DNA of 54,427 nucleotides, from NCBI GenBank assembly GCA_033762115.1, contig JANRLX010000099.1, positions 1 to 54,427 on the forward strand, written 5' to 3'. Below are positions 9,501 through 18,570 of the stretch, piece after piece. The stretch is from Verrucomicrobiota bacterium. Its GTDB lineage: Bacteria; Verrucomicrobiota; Verrucomicrobiia; Limisphaerales; SXQI01. The position numbers and the translations under genes are program-made. Below the pieces are notes generated by a model. It was not told the DNA's origin, made no database searches, and was given only the letters and a program-made list of their open reading frames with translations. How positions within the stretch are numbered: the stretch's first letter is position 1; every line of letters starts with the position of its first letter.

Positions 9501-12500
9501 TGCTTGCCGCCGAAATTCCAGAAACAGAATTAAACACACCGGCAATGACGATTTTATTATTGTGTGTCCGGACGCTGGTATTGACCCGCTGCCCATTGAC
9601 CCCGCCACGGGTGGCTTCGTACCAACCTTCGATAGCAGAACCATTCGCGGCGAGGCGGGTAAAGTAGGGATGTTGCTGGTTGCTGACGATGGTAAATGCG
9701 CCTGCGACAAAAACTGAATTGTCCGGCATTAATAAAAGATTGTATCCATAGCTGTTGAATGAGGGAATCGTCATGGCAGGAGCAATACCTCCAGTGAATT
9801 CATTGACGATCAAAACAGCGGGTTGTGAGACCAGGGAACCGAATTCGTTGCTGATCTCAAGGGTATAAGTACCGCCGTTCGCGCGAGTCACATTGGAAAG
9901 GGTCAATGAACTTTGATTGGTAACGGCGAGCAGGTTTCCATTTCGCCTCCAGGCATAGGTCAGACCCACCCCTTCAACAATGGTTGAGAAAGTATAATTC
10001 GTCCCTGCGAGGACGCTGCCACTTCGAGGCTGGACCAGGAACTCGGGTGCCCCAAGAACTCCGATCCGGATTGGCTCACTTACGAGAGAGCCGGAGTCGT
10101 TGATCACCTCTACGGTGTAGTTGCCGCTTTTCTCTATCGAAAAACTGGAAATGAGGAAATTGGAATTGGTCGCGTTGCTGAGGGGAATTCCATTGCGAAA
10201 CCATTGGTATCTTAGTGGTGAACTGCCGAAGGCAATGACCTCCAGGGTGGTGCTTCCGCCAATGGAAAGTTTTTGCGGTGGGCTAACCCGTGCAATGGCG
10301 AGATCGGGTTGGTCTGAAAAAATACGTAATGGCCCTGCCACACCAGTGGATTCCTGGAACGTGCCAAATGAAGTGCTGCGACTGATATAAAGATATCCGC
10401 GGGCGTCTGCAGTAACCCAGCGAAGATCACCCTGGGATGGCCCCACGGAACCATCAAAAGTAGTGTCCAAAGTCCCGTTCAAATTCAGGCGAAGGTAATT
10501 ATCGCGGTTAATACTCGCATACCGGGTGAAGCTTCCTACGAGAACGACTTTGCCACTGCTCTCCAAAGCAAGGCTGAAAACCTGGCCGTTGATAGAATGC
10601 CCTGCGACATTGTAACTGGAATCCTTGGTTCCATCAGAATTGTATAGAAGCGGGTATTGTGAAGAACCACCCACCATGACAAACACTTTTCCATTTGGAA
10701 GCGCTTTGACAAAGGTTGCAGGTTGATTCGTGGCCAGAAGTGAATAACCGGGAGGGATTTGTCCAGAGCGGTCCAGCTTGATCAAACCATTGGCAGTTTT
10801 TCCGTTCCAGGTTGAAAAGCCGCCAACCACATAAATGAATCCTTCCCGGTCCACATCGACATGCCAAACGTAAGAGTTCGGACCGGTCCCAATGTCAAAT
10901 CGAGTGTCCAGAGTTCCGTCATACCTGATCAGGGCGACCTTGGATTTACTTTGCCCGTCCACCGTGGTGAAATCACCGGAGATGATGTAACCCTGCCCGG
11001 GCAATTCAACAAACGTCCGAATCGCCCCATTCAGTTGCGGAACAGTGAAGGTTTCATCCACTTCCAGTGTGACCGCATTATATCGGCGTAAAAAGCGTGT
11101 GGAGCCGTTGTGTTGAGAAATGAGAAAGCCTCCGCGATTATCGAGGTAGGCATATTCCATGGTGCCAACTGTGGCCTGGATGGTTCTCGGTCCGTTCGGT
11201 GCCATCCGATAAATCTGGTTTCCTGAAGCGCATACCAGTGAGCCATCATCCAGTGCATAAAACCATCCCCCTGTGGCAGAGGTGGAATCATAACTCGGGT
11301 CCAGCTTGCCAAGCACCCGCTCAACAACCGTCACTCTGGTACTGCTGGAATCAACCGTGTCGATCCCGTCCGTGATGGTTACTGTGTACAACCCGGAATC
11401 AGTTAATTGTGCATGTTCGATGGTAAAGGTGGCGTCGGTCGCGTTGGGAATAATTTCGCCAGCCTTTTTCCATTGGTAAGTCAGGTTTGTTCCGGCAGCC
11501 AAAACCTTGATTTGCAATAGAGCGTTAGTCACCACACCGATTTTTTGTGGAGGTTGCTGAACAATCTGCACATGAGGGCGGAAATCAAAATTGGAGACAT
11601 CCAACCGGTAAAGATGATTGCCCGTGCTGGTAGCGCCTGACGAAAAAACATAATTCTGGTGCCTGATAATGTTGCCCACACCGTAGCCGACTGGCAGGCC
11701 GCTGCCAGGAAATGCATCAAAGCTCAATGCCTCGTTGACTGAATAAAATCCCGGCGCGTAAATAATCTGCCCATCACTGGAAAGCTCCCGCGCACCCTGA
11801 AAACTTTTTCCCTGAGTCCAGGAGACTCCAAAATTTTCCGTATAATAAAGGCCATCCTGCAACGTTGTGGGACCGGTCAATGGGAGGTAGATACGGTTCT
11901 TTTGTTTGAAAAGACTGCCATAGCCCAGGCCGGGAATACCGGTGCTAGCCCAGTTGGCGCCACCATCACTGCTTTTCCAAACGCCCGAGAGAGTGAATGC
12001 GACCATCACTTCTCCATTTTCCGCGATCACTGAATCACCAAGGGTGGAAGGGAGGCCGGTAGTGATCTGTTGCCAATTGAAACCGCCATCGGTTGATCGG
12101 TAAACGCCACCGATTGCCGAGGCCAGCCAGTAAACGCCGTTGCTGCTGTCGTAAGCGATATCTTCAACAGTGCTGGCAAAGGCAGGCCCATTGAAGGAAG
12201 TGGCGCTTTTTTGCCATTCGGTTTGGCCCGGGGTCAGCCGATAGAGCGGCGCTGCACCAAGGGTAATTTCCAGGCTGCCGGGATCATCCCCGACCCAGAG
12301 CAACCCGTTCTCAAACTTGATAAAACGAAGGCTCTGGGCACTTAGATCGTAACTGGCACCTTGAACGGTGTTCAGCGGATGCCATGAAGCACCAGCATCA
12401 GAAGAGCGGTAAACTCCAGTACTGCCCAAAATATATACGTGTGTCCCATCACTGGCGAGGGTACGGGTCCCTCCACCTGTAATAAAGGGGCCAGGGACAT

Positions 12501-12588
12501 TCGAGGTGAGTTCCTGCCAGGTTTGAGATTGCATCGTGCTGACAGTCAACATTATGCAAAGAAGACCGAGAGATTTAATTACCTTCAT
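6574..12588 (-). CDS. Giant secreted/surface protein: BNR/YCF48-like propeller, Ig I-set domains alternating with delta-60 repeat propellers, and a C-terminal Verrucomicrobia-type domain
   Basis: Signal peptide, SxDxGxxW Asp-boxes, repeated YQW.KNG...D.G.Y Ig motifs, repeated RLNxDGxxDxxF delta-60 units, DADGDGLSNIAEYAFGSNP and a terminal QFFKITVEVE. Confidence 0.9.
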   Translation of the reverse strand: MKVIKSLGLLCIMLTVSTMQSQTWQELTSNVPGPFITGGGTRTLASDGTHVYILGSTGVYRSSDAGASWHPLNTVQGASYDLSAQSLRFIKFENGLLWVGDDPGSLEITLGAAPLYRLTPGQTEWQKSATSFNGPAFASTVEDIAYDSSNGVYWLASAIGGVYRSTDGGFNWQQITTGLPSTLGDSVIAENGEVMVAFTLSGVWKSSDGGANWASTGIPGLGYGSLFKQKNRIYLPLTGPTTLQDGLYYTENFGVSWTQGKSFQGARELSSDGQIIYAPGFYSVNEALSFDAFPGSGLPVGYGVGNIIRHQNYVFSSGATSTGNHLYRLDVSNFDFRPHVQIVQQPPQKIGVVTNALLQIKVLAAGTNLTYQWKKAGEIIPNATDATFTIEHAQLTDSGLYTVTITDGIDTVDSSSTRVTVVERVLGKLDPSYDSTSATGGWFYALDDGSLVCASGNQIYRMAPNGPRTIQATVGTMEYAYLDNRGGFLISQHNGSTRFLRRYNAVTLEVDETFTVPQLNGAIRTFVELPGQGYIISGDFTTVDGQSKSKVALIRYDGTLDTRFDIGTGPNSYVWHVDVDREGFIYVVGGFSTWNGKTANGLIKLDRSGQIPPGYSLLATNQPATFVKALPNGKVFVMVGGSSQYPLLYNSDGTKDSSYNVAGHSINGQVFSLALESSGKVVLVGSFTRYASINRDNYLRLNLNGTLDTTFDGSVGPSQGDLRWVTADARGYLYISRSTSFGTFQESTGVAGPLRIFSDQPDLAIARVSPPQKLSIGGSTTLEVIAFGSSPLRYQWFRNGIPLSNATNSNFLISSFSIEKSGNYTVEVINDSGSLVSEPIRIGVLGAPEFLVQPRSGSVLAGTNYTFSTIVEGVGLTYAWRRNGNLLAVTNQSSLTLSNVTRANGGTYTLEISNEFGSLVSQPAVLIVNEFTGGIAPAMTIPSFNSYGYNLLLMPDNSVFVAGAFTIVSNQQHPYFTRLAANGSAIEGWYEATRGGVNGQRVNTSVRTHNNKIVIAGVFNSVSGISAASIARLNNDGSVDTSFNNSLSPNGDILALGALPNGKLLVGGQFGAWGQNNIPILLRLNENGSIDSSFTTAPNHYVNVIRTLPDGTAYIGGRFTAINGIARPSLARLHPDGTLDTNFAPAISGEISTMEIDSEGRILVPFGPNRLTRFFPNGLVDSTFAPTEVYSVGSIAIQLNGKILVSESFGGSLKRLFPNGQLDPYFVLPAGGIAGSIYDIETTKEGRVWVAGAFTAVGNDFSHRYVTQLTTDIADLAILQQPVSQQADLGGNVTFEVSAYSLNAESYQWFKNDEPISGATNSTLLLTNIGKIDAGTYHVVISSDGSTVTSVDAILTVLAEPVVVTQPQSKSVPLGSAVTFTAAVNGAAPLSLQWRKNGIAIDGETNSTLTFAAVTYNDAASYDLVAVNAAGTATTYPAGLGVFAITGGLDLTFNSGSGPNSEVRVIKMLPNGNIAIGGSFSVINGNSRNSFAILDSNGNVIPEPGMFSTPHAINDIAVQQDGKLILGLNSGFFRLNANGTYDNTFAGAAVPANRLLIDGDFIYVGGYKDNFTPGLRRWNLLTLELDGNFYNQMAAFYNGYQPTAILKLPDGRLLLGDGSSGALNLINSDGSRDSTVNISFRPPGNFSAIPISALARTDDGKIWVAGTFSVVNGLPRQNLVRLNQDLTVDTNFVPAAVGTVKALLAQGNNVIVAGQQLTSALGVSNPAVIRILGTTGEIDLNFGPSVYGGSVSSLAAAGDGKFYVGGTFNPPSMIARVHGQFSGESQIVAPPVAGNFVVGKPIALTVGWIGGSQATYQWYKDNVPLPDQTNQSLIISEAAAGDQGNYKVTVTTADGSMTSTAAVISSGGGSNENFQSWAAQFTFPGNLSAPGDDADGDGLSNIAEYAFGSNPTTPNAEIKPQATNTGLVINQEVYPTIQFLRSKTAVGVLIKVHISSSLAFADNLGTTEVSRQDMGNGTEAVMLRSNRSAAMNSVQFFKITVEVE

Positions 12589-12764
12589 GGATCAGCGGAT
12601 CAGATTACATGTTTGCAGTTTTGCGACAAGCAGAACTCATTCCCATATCAGAATTTGCTGTTTTTTATTTTTGAGAATATCGGCAGCCTGGCGGATTTTA
12701 TGAATTTGATCCCTTTCTCGACTTTTTCCCACGTATTGATTAAATTCCCGAAACTTAAAAGGAC

Positions 12765-13598
12765 ATGAAATCAATTTTATTTGCAGGAGTTGTGCTTGGG
12801 TTTGCCTGCTCTCTGTACGCAGCTGAGAACAAACTGGAGTTCAAGGATGAGCGGGAAAAGAACAGTTATGCCATCGGTGTGAATATCGGCACGAGCATCA
12901 AACGGCAGGAGGCGGATTTGGATCTCGACCTGTTAACCAAGGGCATTCGGGATGCCTTCTCCGGATCTGCGGGGTTAACCGACGCTGAAGTCAGCACCGC
13001 CATTCGCGCATTCCAGGCGGAAGTGCGGACAAAAATGGAGGCACGACGCAAGGTGGCGGGAGAAAAAAACAAGGCTGAAGGAGAAAAATTTCTGGAAGAA
13101 AACGCCAAAAAGGAAGGGGTGAAAACAACCGAAAGCGGATTGCAATACAAGGTGATCCGCGAAGGAACCGGCCCTGTTCCACAACCGACAGACCAGGTGG
13201 TGGTGAAATATCGCGGCACCACAATTGATGGGAAAGAATTCGACAGCACGGAGAAGCGTGGGGAACCGGCTGTTTTTACCCCCAAAGGTTTGATCAAGGG
13301 CTGGGGAGAGGCGCTTCAGATGATGAACGTGGGATCCAAATGGGAAATTTATATTCCTTCCGCCCTGGCTTATGGGGAACGGGGGCATGTGACCATTGAG
13401 CCGAATGCCACCTTGATTTTTGATGTCGAGTTGCTGGAGATCAAACCACCGGTGGAGCAAAACCAGCCAGTGACAAGTGACATCATCAAAGTGCCTTCCA
13501 AAGAGGAGTTGGACAAAGGGGCAAAAATCGAAGTGATCAAACCTGATCAACTTCAGCAACTGCTGAAAACCAACACAAACAAGCCAGCGGCCAAATAA
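12765..13598 (+). CDS. fkpA: FKBP-type peptidyl-prolyl cis-trans isomerase (FkpA/Mip family)
   Basis: Signal peptide, FKBP_N (SYAIGVNIG), TTESGLQYKV, YRGTTIDGKEFDS, IKGWGEALQMM, IPSALAYG and TLIFDVELL. Confidence 0.92.
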   Translation: MKSILFAGVVLGFACSLYAAENKLEFKDEREKNSYAIGVNIGTSIKRQEADLDLDLLTKGIRDAFSGSAGLTDAEVSTAIRAFQAEVRTKMEARRKVAGEKNKAEGEKFLEENAKKEGVKTTESGLQYKVIREGTGPVPQPTDQVVVKYRGTTIDGKEFDSTEKRGEPAVFTPKGLIKGWGEALQMMNVGSKWEIYIPSALAYGERGHVTIEPNATLIFDVELLEIKPPVEQNQPVTSDIIKVPSKEELDKGAKIEVIKPDQLQQLLKTNTNKPAAK

Positions 13599-13615
13599 CG
13601 TTCAACGTTCCGGCT

Positions 13616-13843
13616 TTATTCCTTGCCAAACAGCCGTTTCCACCAGGTATCCGGCTGTTTCGGTTCCTGCGAGATAGACTCATTCAAACGTTCCGCCACT
13701 TCCCTCGGGACAGTGGTTTGACGCGCATCGAATTGCAGCGCTTCCTCCGGCGTGGCAAACTGCTGTTGCAAAGCCTGGGAGGAGGAATTGGCCTGCGCCT
13801 GATTGTCCTGATCGTGACGAAATTTAAATTTTTCCGGGTTCAT
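13616..13843 (-). CDS. Small hypothetical protein directly downstream of the ECF sigma factor
   Basis: The ATG is 1 nt after the sigma stop. The 75-aa product has FATPEEALQFDA and a C-terminal WWKRLFG. Confidence 0.7.
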   Translation of the reverse strand: MNPEKFKFRHDQDNQAQANSSSQALQQQFATPEEALQFDARQTTVPREVAERLNESISQEPKQPDTWWKRLFGKE

Positions 13844-13844
13844 T

Positions 13845-14417
13845 TTACTCCGTTTTCTTGAAAGCGACTGTAAATGCCTTCCGGGCACGATGCAGTTTAC
13901 CCCGAACAGCATCGGCTGTTTGACCGGTGATCTCTCCTACCTGCTCGTAAGTCAGTTGTTCATCCGCCACCAGCAGAAGCAGCAACCGATATTCTTCCGA
14001 CATGGTGGAGAGGGTCCGTTGAATCCTTTCCCCCAGTTCCTTGATTTCAAGCACCTGCAACGGGTCATCACCAAGAGTGGGAGCGGTCTCCCAAATTGCC
14101 TCGTCCGCGTTGTTGAACATGTGCCGCGCATGCCAGCTTTGCAGCATATTCTGGCAATGATTGACGGTAATGCGGTAAAGCCAGGTGCGAATGTTGGAAT
14201 CACCGCGAAAGGTGGTCAGTTTGCGATAAGCTTTGAGAAAAACATCATGAGTCGCATCCTGGGCCTGGGTTGGATTGCCTGTTAGCCGGAGAGCGAGATA
14301 AAAAATGGCCTGGGAATGTTCCTCATAAAGGGCGCCGAAGGCAGGGTTGTCCCATTGAATGGGAGGCAGGCCTGGGTTTGCTTCGGGGGCGCTGGAAATT
14401 TCAGCGGGCGATTCCAT
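13845..14417 (-). CDS. ECF RNA polymerase sigma factor
   Basis: Region 2 (AQDATHDVFLKAY...FRGDSNIRTWLYRITVN) and region 4 (LTYEQVGEITG...VRGKLHRAR). Confidence 0.95.
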   Translation of the reverse strand: MESPAEISSAPEANPGLPPIQWDNPAFGALYEEHSQAIFYLALRLTGNPTQAQDATHDVFLKAYRKLTTFRGDSNIRTWLYRITVNHCQNMLQSWHARHMFNNADEAIWETAPTLGDDPLQVLEIKELGERIQRTLSTMSEEYRLLLLLVADEQLTYEQVGEITGQTADAVRGKLHRARKAFTVAFKKTE

Positions 14418-14462
14418 GTGATTTAATAATTGAGACAGGGCCCGCGCTGGTTCCTCACGCGA

Positions 14463-15197
14463 TCATTCAGTCATTTCAAAAGTAAAGTGAAGAATGGTTT
14501 GGGACCCGGTCTGCTCATTTTCGATTTCCAATTCCTTGACCTGCCACCGGCCATCAACTTTCTTGATGCTTCGAACGGAAAATTTTTTCAGCAGCTTTCC
14601 TCGGGAATCAAATGCCTCGGCGCGGATCAGGTTGCCAGTTTCGTAATCAATCCAGGAGAGGACCCTGCTATAGGTGGTGGACGCAGGATTGGGATTGCGG
14701 CTCTCAACCACGCGACAGGAGCGCCCTTTGCGCATTTCCCGTTTGATCACGGTCTGCTCGGGCCAGTGGAAAAACTCTAGGCCCCAATCCGCCACCCAAA
14801 AATCTGAAGTGGCGAAGGGAGAAAATATGTTGGTCCCTGTCAGGATGGAAGATTGAAACGGGCCGCCCACCACCTGCGATCCTTCCATTTGATACCTGTT
14901 CGTGAGGCCCGGGAAATGGGTTATGGTCAGGATTTGCGCAGGGATTTTTGCATCACCGGGAGTGTGGTAACGGTCCTGCCAAACCTCTTCCCCTTTCCGC
15001 GTGATCTCCAGTTTGATCGGTAGTTCAGTGCGGGCTCCGCTGGCATCCCGTATTTTTAGCAGGCCCATGATTTCCCGGTCGCGGGTTGGCACGCGAGCAA
15101 CAAGATCCAGCATGATTTCCCTGCCTTCGCCACCGTCGCGAGGCGCAGCGGTTGCGGAAACCAGCAGGGAAAACAGGCAGAGAAGCACCGTTCTCAT
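14463..15197 (-). CDS. Outer-membrane lipoprotein-sorting protein (LolA-like)
   Basis: Signal peptide and the motifs FATSDFWVADW, YSRVLSWID, AEAFDSRGKLLK and IENEQTGSQT. Confidence 0.8.
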   Translation of the reverse strand: MRTVLLCLFSLLVSATAAPRDGGEGREIMLDLVARVPTRDREIMGLLKIRDASGARTELPIKLEITRKGEEVWQDRYHTPGDAKIPAQILTITHFPGLTNRYQMEGSQVVGGPFQSSILTGTNIFSPFATSDFWVADWGLEFFHWPEQTVIKREMRKGRSCRVVESRNPNPASTTYSRVLSWIDYETGNLIRAEAFDSRGKLLKKFSVRSIKKVDGRWQVKELEIENEQTGSQTILHFTFEMTE

Positions 15198-17632
15198 CGT
15201 TTGGCCTTTTTATAACTGGAGGCCCCCGGCTTCGGCTGCGGTTTCAAGGCGATAGGAAAAACCTGGGAAAGAAAACGAACAAAGTGTACCTCCATTTTGT
15301 CCCGGACCTCTTTCGGCACCTCTTCCCAATCCTTTTTGTTTTCCTCCGGTAGAATCACCTGCTTCAAACCGGAACGGGATGCGGCAAGGACTTTTTCCTT
15401 GATCCCGCCCACTGGCAAAACCCGGCCACGGAGGCTGATCTCCCCGGTCATGGCCAGATCTGAACGAACCACCCGCCTGGTAAAGAGTGAAGCCAGCGCG
15501 ACAAACATGGTCACCCCTGCGCTGGGGCCATCCTTTGGAGTAGCGCCCGCAGGCACATGAACATGCACATCAAGTTTATCAAAGTCGCTCAAGTCAATTT
15601 CCAATCGTGAAGCCTGGGTGCGCAGGTAACTCAGCGCAGCCTGGGCACTTTCCTTCATCACATCACCCAGCGAGCCGGTAAGGACCATTTTACCCTTGCC
15701 GGGCATCCGGGTGGCTTCGATGAACAAAATATCGCCGCCTACGGGAGTCCAGGCGAGGCCAATGGCAATGCCCGACTCCACAATCTTCTCAGCGATTTCG
15801 GAATGAAAACGGGCGGAACCGAGATAGCCGTAAAGATCCTCAGGATTGATCGTGATGGCGCTCTGCACACCCTGGTTGGAAACAATCTTTCGCGTCGCTT
15901 TCCGGACCAGCGCTGCCAGTTCTCTTTCCAGATTACGCACTCCCGCTTCACGAGTGTACTCGTTAATCAACCGCTTGATCGTGGCATCCGGAATTTTTAA
16001 AAATTTCCGCTTCAACCCATGCTCTTCCAATTGGCGCGGCAACAAGTGACGGCGGGCGATCTGAAGTTTTTCAGCAGCGGTGTAGCTGGGAATTTCGATA
16101 ATTTCCAGACGGTCCCGCAATGCAGCATGGATCGGATCAAGCCAATTGGCAGTGGTGATGAAGAGCACGCGCGAAAGGTCCCATTGCAGGTCGAGAAAAT
16201 TGTCGGTAAAAGTTGAGTTTTGCTGCGGGTCGAGCACCTCAAGCAACGCTGCGGCAGGATCCCCCCGAAAATCGGAACCCACCTTGTCAATTTCATCGAG
16301 GAGAATGACAGGATTATTGCTTTCCACCCGGCGAAGGCTTTGAATAATTCGGCCTGGCAAAGCTCCCACATAAGTGCGGCGATGCCCGCGAATTTCCGCT
16401 TCATCCCGCATCCCGCCGAGGGCAATCCGGATGAATTTGCGGCCCAGGGCATCAGCAACGCTTTTGCCAAGGGAGGTTTTTCCCACACCGGGAGGGCCGA
16501 CCAGGCAGAGAATGGGCCCCTTAAGTTTCTGTTTCATCTTGATCACCGCAAGAAACTCAAGCAATCGATCCTTTACCTTGTTCAAGCCGTAATGCTGCTC
16601 ATCGAGGATTTTTTCAGCGACTTTGAGGTCCAGTTTATCTTCAGTGGATTTGGACCAGGGCAGGTTCACGAGCCAGTCCAGATAATTCCTGGTGACGGTG
16701 TATTCCGCTGCTGTAAAAGGCAACTGGGCGAGTCGCTCCACCTCTTTGATCGCCACTTTTTTGGCTTCCTCAGGCAAACCGTTCGCTTCAATCTGCTCGC
16801 GCAGGATGGTTGTTTCGTTGGCGGATGGATCGTTTTCACCAAGCTCCCTCTGGATCGCGCGAATCTGCTCACGGAGAAAGAAATCGCGCTGCGTCTTGGA
16901 CATGGAAGTGGCGACTTCCTTCTGGATTTTTGAACCGAGCGTCAGCACCTCCAGTTCCCGGCTCATCAGTGGAAGAAGGCGTGTCAAACGTTCGCGCACG
17001 CTGCTTGTTTCCAGCAGTTGCTGCCGTTCCTCCAAACTGAGATTGAGATTGGCGGCAATCAGGTCCGAAAGCTTCCCGGCCTGTTCCGTGTTGATGGCAT
17101 TGATTTTAACCTGCTCTGAAAGCGCAGGGGAAAGGTTGATGATTTCCTGGAATTGCAGCTGGGCATTTCGCGCAAGCGCGGTCATCTCCAGTGACTCCTC
17201 CAGTTCATCCCGAAGCGGGGTTACGCGGGCGCAGAGATAAGGCTCGAGCGAGGGGTATTCTGAAATGACAATTCTTCGGACACCTTCCACCAGGATGCGC
17301 ACGGTGTTGTCCGGAAATTTCAGCATTTTCAAGACGCGGGCCGCGCAGCCATTGGCATACAAATCTTCAGGCAGCGGATTTTCGACTTCAGCTTTTTTTT
17401 GGAGGACCAGCCCGAGAAACCGATCTCCAGCGACGACGTCATCAATCAAACGGATGCTTTGCACAGATTCGACCAGAAGCGGCGCAACCAGGCCGGGAAA
17501 AATCACGATGTCAGACAAACCCAAAATTGGAAGCACCTCCGGGAGGCTTTTGGAATTTGTGCGCGGTCCCGCACTCTCAGGACTTCCGCCCTGTGCGCCC
17601 ATAATGCTGATGAACTCGGTATCGGAACTCAT
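15194..17632 (-). CDS. lon: ATP-dependent Lon protease
   Basis: LON N-domain, Walker A GPPGVGKT, RGHRRTYVGALPG, catalytic PKDGPSAG and GGIKEK. Confidence 0.98.
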   Translation of the reverse strand: MSSDTEFISIMGAQGGSPESAGPRTNSKSLPEVLPILGLSDIVIFPGLVAPLLVESVQSIRLIDDVVAGDRFLGLVLQKKAEVENPLPEDLYANGCAARVLKMLKFPDNTVRILVEGVRRIVISEYPSLEPYLCARVTPLRDELEESLEMTALARNAQLQFQEIINLSPALSEQVKINAINTEQAGKLSDLIAANLNLSLEERQQLLETSSVRERLTRLLPLMSRELEVLTLGSKIQKEVATSMSKTQRDFFLREQIRAIQRELGENDPSANETTILREQIEANGLPEEAKKVAIKEVERLAQLPFTAAEYTVTRNYLDWLVNLPWSKSTEDKLDLKVAEKILDEQHYGLNKVKDRLLEFLAVIKMKQKLKGPILCLVGPPGVGKTSLGKSVADALGRKFIRIALGGMRDEAEIRGHRRTYVGALPGRIIQSLRRVESNNPVILLDEIDKVGSDFRGDPAAALLEVLDPQQNSTFTDNFLDLQWDLSRVLFITTANWLDPIHAALRDRLEIIEIPSYTAAEKLQIARRHLLPRQLEEHGLKRKFLKIPDATIKRLINEYTREAGVRNLERELAALVRKATRKIVSNQGVQSAITINPEDLYGYLGSARFHSEIAEKIVESGIAIGLAWTPVGGDILFIEATRMPGKGKMVLTGSLGDVMKESAQAALSYLRTQASRLEIDLSDFDKLDVHVHVPAGATPKDGPSAGVTMFVALASLFTRRVVRSDLAMTGEISLRGRVLPVGGIKEKVLAASRSGLKQVILPEENKKDWEEVPKEVRDKMEVHFVRFLSQVFPIALKPQPKPGASSYKKAKR

Positions 17633-17681
17633 CTACTCCTTTGACCTTGAACAACCCCGAATCCTTCAACCGTGACCGGAA

Positions 17682-18089
17682 TTAATCCAGGTCAGCAGAG
17701 GAAATCGGAAGAGAAAACTGCCCCTTGGCGCCATCTGCCATGGGGACATCAATTCTCAGAAAACCATTTTGATAGGCAGCCTTGGCCTGAGAGAGATCGT
17801 ACCCGTTGGGCAATTCAATGACACTTTCAAAAGCGCCGTAATTAATCTCCATGACCAGGAACTTGCATTTGGGAGAACGGCAGCCATCAGGGCGATGCCC
17901 GCTGATCTTGATGCGGTTCCCTTCAACGGTGAGTTCCAGGTCCTCTTTTCGCATCCCGGCCAATTCCACCTTGATCACCAGTCCCGAGTCACTGACATAC
18001 ACATCGGTGTTCGGCACCCAATAAGCTTCCGAGGAACCACCTGGTGTGTGCAGCCTTTTGACGAAATGCAATGAGGACATGGTAATCAC
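17682..18089 (-). CDS. Hsp20/alpha-crystallin small heat-shock protein (start GTG 18089 or ATG 18080)
   Basis: WVPNTDVY, VELAGMRKEDL, EINYGAFE and AAYQNGFLRI. Confidence 0.92.
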   Translation of the reverse strand: MITMSSLHFVKRLHTPGGSSEAYWVPNTDVYVSDSGLVIKVELAGMRKEDLELTVEGNRIKISGHRPDGCRSPKCKFLVMEINYGAFESVIELPNGYDLSQAKAAYQNGFLRIDVPMADGAKGQFSLPISSADLD

Positions 18090-18093
18090 AAAG

Positions 18094-18121
18094 ATCGTAT
18101 CTGATTGGTTGGGAATGACAA
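18094..18121 (-). promoter_or_regulatory. Sigma70-like promoter for hsp20-lon
   Basis: TTGTCA-N16-TACGAT on the minus strand, 4 nt before the GTG. Confidence 0.5.
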
Positions 18122-18126
18122 GAGGC

Positions 18127-18354
18127 CTATTTCATTTTGACAATGACCTGTGGACGTTCCCCCTTGCGGGCATGAAACACAATGGATTGACCGGGGACCG
18201 AAGAAGATGCTGCTGAACAACCGCAATGTGTATCGCGCGCAAAATCAAACTTGCGCCGCCGCTGAAGCCTGCCCCGCGCAAAAAGCGCTGCCGTAATACC
18301 GACAATGAGCAAGGCAACTGGTTGTTGCCAATCCACACTGTCAGGATAACTCAT
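18127..18354 (-). CDS. Small membrane protein with a HCGC motif (FeoB-associated Cys-rich-like)
   Basis: DWQQPVALLIVGITAALF TM helix, a basic patch and HCGCS. The longer 142-aa ORF call runs antisense through the tRNA. Confidence 0.65.
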   Translation of the reverse strand: MSYPDSVDWQQPVALLIVGITAALFARGRLQRRRKFDFARDTHCGCSAASSSVPGQSIVFHARKGERPQVIVKMK

Positions 18355-18461
18355 CCACCCGTCATGGGCAACTGAATGAATCGATGGCTGCCTGGGTGTT
18401 TGATGCAAATTCTCCTCCTTGCTGGCAGGAAAGAGCTTTGTTACGATGAAAATTGCGTTTT

Positions 18462-18545
18462 GCGCGAGTGGCGAAATGGCAGACGCGCCAGACTTAGGAT
18501 CTGGTCCCGTAAGGGGTGGAGGTTCAAGTCCTCTCTCGCGCACCA
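18462..18545 (+). tRNA. tRNA-Leu (anticodon TAG), CCA encoded
   Basis: Acceptor GCGCGAG/CTCGCGC-A-CCA, D arm TGGCGAAATGGCAGACGC, anticodon arm CCAGA-CTTAGGA-TCTGG, a long variable arm and T arm GGAGG-TTCAAGT-CCTCT. Confidence 0.98.
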
Positions 18546-18570
18546 ACTTCCCCAACCAGAGGCGTCAAAA

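Noticed and set aside
18462..18570. Integrative element at the tRNA-Leu 3' end
   Set aside because: There is no integrase and I noticed no duplicate of the tRNA 3' end. The flanking genes look like core genes.
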